Assembly (NCBI RefSeq): GCF_006345805.1
Contig: NC_043015.1
Location: forward strand, 47,306,001-47,370,000
Direction: 5' to 3'
Source: Octopus sinensis
Taxonomy: Eukaryota
Length of the DNA: 64,000 nucleotides
The translations under genes and the position numbers were made by a program. The notes below the pieces were generated by a model. That model saw only the letters and a list, made by a program, of their open reading frames with translations. It did no database searches and was not told where the DNA came from. This document shows positions 1 through 64,000 of the stretch, one piece after another (within the stretch, counting starts at the first letter, position 1; every line of letters starts with the position of its first letter).

Positions 1-368
1 TTTTACTTTCTCAGAATGGTAACAAATCTAAGCAAAAAAGTGAATTAGCAAGAATTTAACCTTCACTTCAGGTTTCAAAAGCAGCTAAGTGGATGTAAAA
101 TATCTTGAGTAGAATCATTTTATACATTTTATTTAAATTTATACATTGTCTTGCAAGTTACTAGGCAACGACACTAGTGCTGTTGTTATGAAGGAAGTAC
201 CCAAAAGACACTGTAAAGTGGTTGGCATTAGGAAGGGCATTCAGCTGCAGAAATTATGCCAAAGCTGGCATTGAGGCCTAACACTGCTCTGCAGTTCATC
301 AAGTCCTATCGAGTCAGCCAACGCATGCCAGCATGGAAAATGGATGTTCATTGACAAGGATGGTGATA

Positions 369-934
369 TTGGGTTGTCTGGAAAGTTCTTGTCGATTTAT
401 AGTAGCTTACCTTTCGACTTATTTTAGAACATGGTTGAGTCCATAAAATAGGATTTGACTACACCTCCATTTAGAGCACAGTTTAAGCAATCTTTTCGTG
501 GAAGAAGATTTATGTTCCTATAATCTGTGTTAGTTCTGTAACCTTTTAAAATGGAAACTAAGAAAGTTCATTTTCGGCACTTGGTGCTTTGGGAACCAGA
601 CAAAAATTGCTGCAGCTCGGCTGGGATGTGTTATCCCACCCTCCATATTCACCAGATATTGCTCCTTCGGATTTTCACTTATTCAGGTCTCTGCAGAATA
701 GTCTTAATGGTAAAAATTTCAATTCCTTGGATGACGTAAAAAGATACCTTGATGAATTCTTTGCTATGAAACCACCTCAATTCAGGGAAGAGGGTATTTT
801 CAAGTTAAAGGAAAGATGGAGACGCATTGTGCAGCAAAATGATTCATATTTGGTTGATCAAAAATGTAATGGCAAGTATTTATTGACCTTTTTCTTTCCT
901 TTAAAAATCAGCACGAACTTTCCGGACAATCCAA
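369..934 (+). mobile_element. Internally deleted mariner element
   Basis: TIRs ttgggttgtctggaaagttc / gaactttccggacaatccaa, each flanked by TA. A transposase N-terminus (METKKVHFRH) is fused to the C-terminus with HPPYSPDIAPSDFHLF. Confidence 0.9.
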
Positions 935-1296
935 TATATCTTTCCTAATGCCAACCATTTAACTGAGTGTAGTGGGTACTTTTTATGTGGTACCAGTACC
1001 AGTAAGGTCACCGAGTATTTTCAAGATATGACCCCTTGTATGGACTGGAGGAATAAGAAACTATGATGGAGAGAGAGAGAGGAGCAGCTGTCTCGCTGAA
1101 GAGATGATTACATGACTTGATCACCTGGAAAGTGAGATAGAGAAAAAGAGAAGGAGAGAGATGTGTTTAAAATTTTGTTCTTTAATATTTTGCATGATAA
1201 AAACTTATTTTTGATCAGCAAAAAAAACAACCAAATTGAGTACTACAAAGCATGATAAACTGCAAAAGTTAGAGAAAGGTTATGTGTAGCTTATAC

Positions 1297-63068
<61,772 letters not shown>

Positions 63069-64000
63069 CTGGAACAGAGAAATATTTTTTAAATAATGGT
63101 AATACAATATTTCGTTTTTATCTAGTAAGATTCTTTATATGAGTTCGTGTGTTGAAGCATATTCTGTTGTGTCTGGGAAGAGTCATTCTCTTTTAGTGCC
63201 TTATTATTTAACACACTCACCGGTAAAATTTCCACTTATTTCTTATTTTTATTCTCCAAAATTTTCGTTGCGTCTTGCAACTTTTTCAATAGTCGTGACT
63301 CTGTCCGTTATTTACACTGCGTTCCCTTTTGTTTGTTTGTGCGCATGTGTGTGGGTCAGTGTGTGTGTGTGCCTATACATGCATGCATGTACGTATGTAA
63401 TACAATAAATAACCAAAACGTATGGAGTTTAAAATGACCTGTTTCTTTATATAACAAGTTACTTCAGCATGGATTATTTAATTGAACCATTCTGTCTTTT
63501 CAGACTCTATCCATGCAATAATTTACCTGCACAGCTTTAATCCAGTACATGTCTACATCTGCTTGTTTTGCTTGCCTCCAAAAATGACTTTTATGCTATG
63601 TAAGGCATGACAACCAGAGACAGCAGCTGACTATGAGGAGACCCCCTTCGGTCATGAATGACCATGTGATTGCACCTAGAAAGTTACCCTCCCAGGCACA
63701 AGTTGTTTGTGGAAGGCTAGCAATCACCCATGCATACCAGCCTCCCTTCTCCACACCACTGATGTTATCCAAGGGAAAGGCAAAGAGGCTGATACAGATT
63801 GGCACCAGTGATGTCGCAACTCATTTCTACAGCTGAGTGAACTGGAGCAACATGAAATAAAGTGTCTTGCTCAAGAACACAACACACAGCCTGGTCTGGG
63901 AATCGAACTCACAACCTCAAATTGTAAGCTCTATGCTCTGGCCACTGAGCCATGTGCCTTCAGCTGACTATTGGGTTGTTAAATAAATTTGTTAGCTTTT

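Noticed and set aside
63255-63296. Third hammerhead-like trace on the minus strand (ctattgaaaaa gttgc aagac gcaac gaaa)
   Set aside because: Helix II and GAAA are present, but the core is CUAUUGA and helices I and III cannot be formed. At most a decayed relic.
63526-63600. Possible extra dynein exon upstream of exon 1 (good-looking donor cag|gtaaat)
   Set aside because: The required phase contains a stop, and the peptide shows no resemblance to the expected dynein sequence.

Overview
Eukaryotic, AT-rich, repeat-dense genomic DNA. The SINE/LINE landscape points to a coleoid cephalopod, probably Octopus (inference). The whole window lies inside one minus-strand axonemal inner-arm dynein heavy chain gene, most like DNAH6. 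I mapped 36 consecutive GT-AG exons (63068 down to 1297; 5,954 nt, ~1,985 codons). They splice in one open frame from the linker through AAA1-AAA4 and the stalk/MTBD into AAA5, and the gene continues beyond both ends. The introns hold a 5'-truncated RTE LINE (22756-28566) whose 3' UTR has expanded into a ~2.7-kb higher-order tandem array. They also hold many RTE 3' fragments, three tRNA-type SINE families, Helitron-type, hAT, mariner/Tc1 and piggyBac-like MITEs, and long microsatellites. The least expected items are: a complete type I hammerhead ribozyme fold in the sense strand of an intron (11981-12053) plus a degenerate second one; a 5S rRNA copy joined to a SINE; a splice donor that is the first base of a SINE fragment; a 60-bp-stem intronic hairpin; and a Gly>Asp change in the AAA1 NPGYAGR motif that one A-to-I edit would revert. 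No database searches or folding programs were run, and family names rest on recalled motifs.
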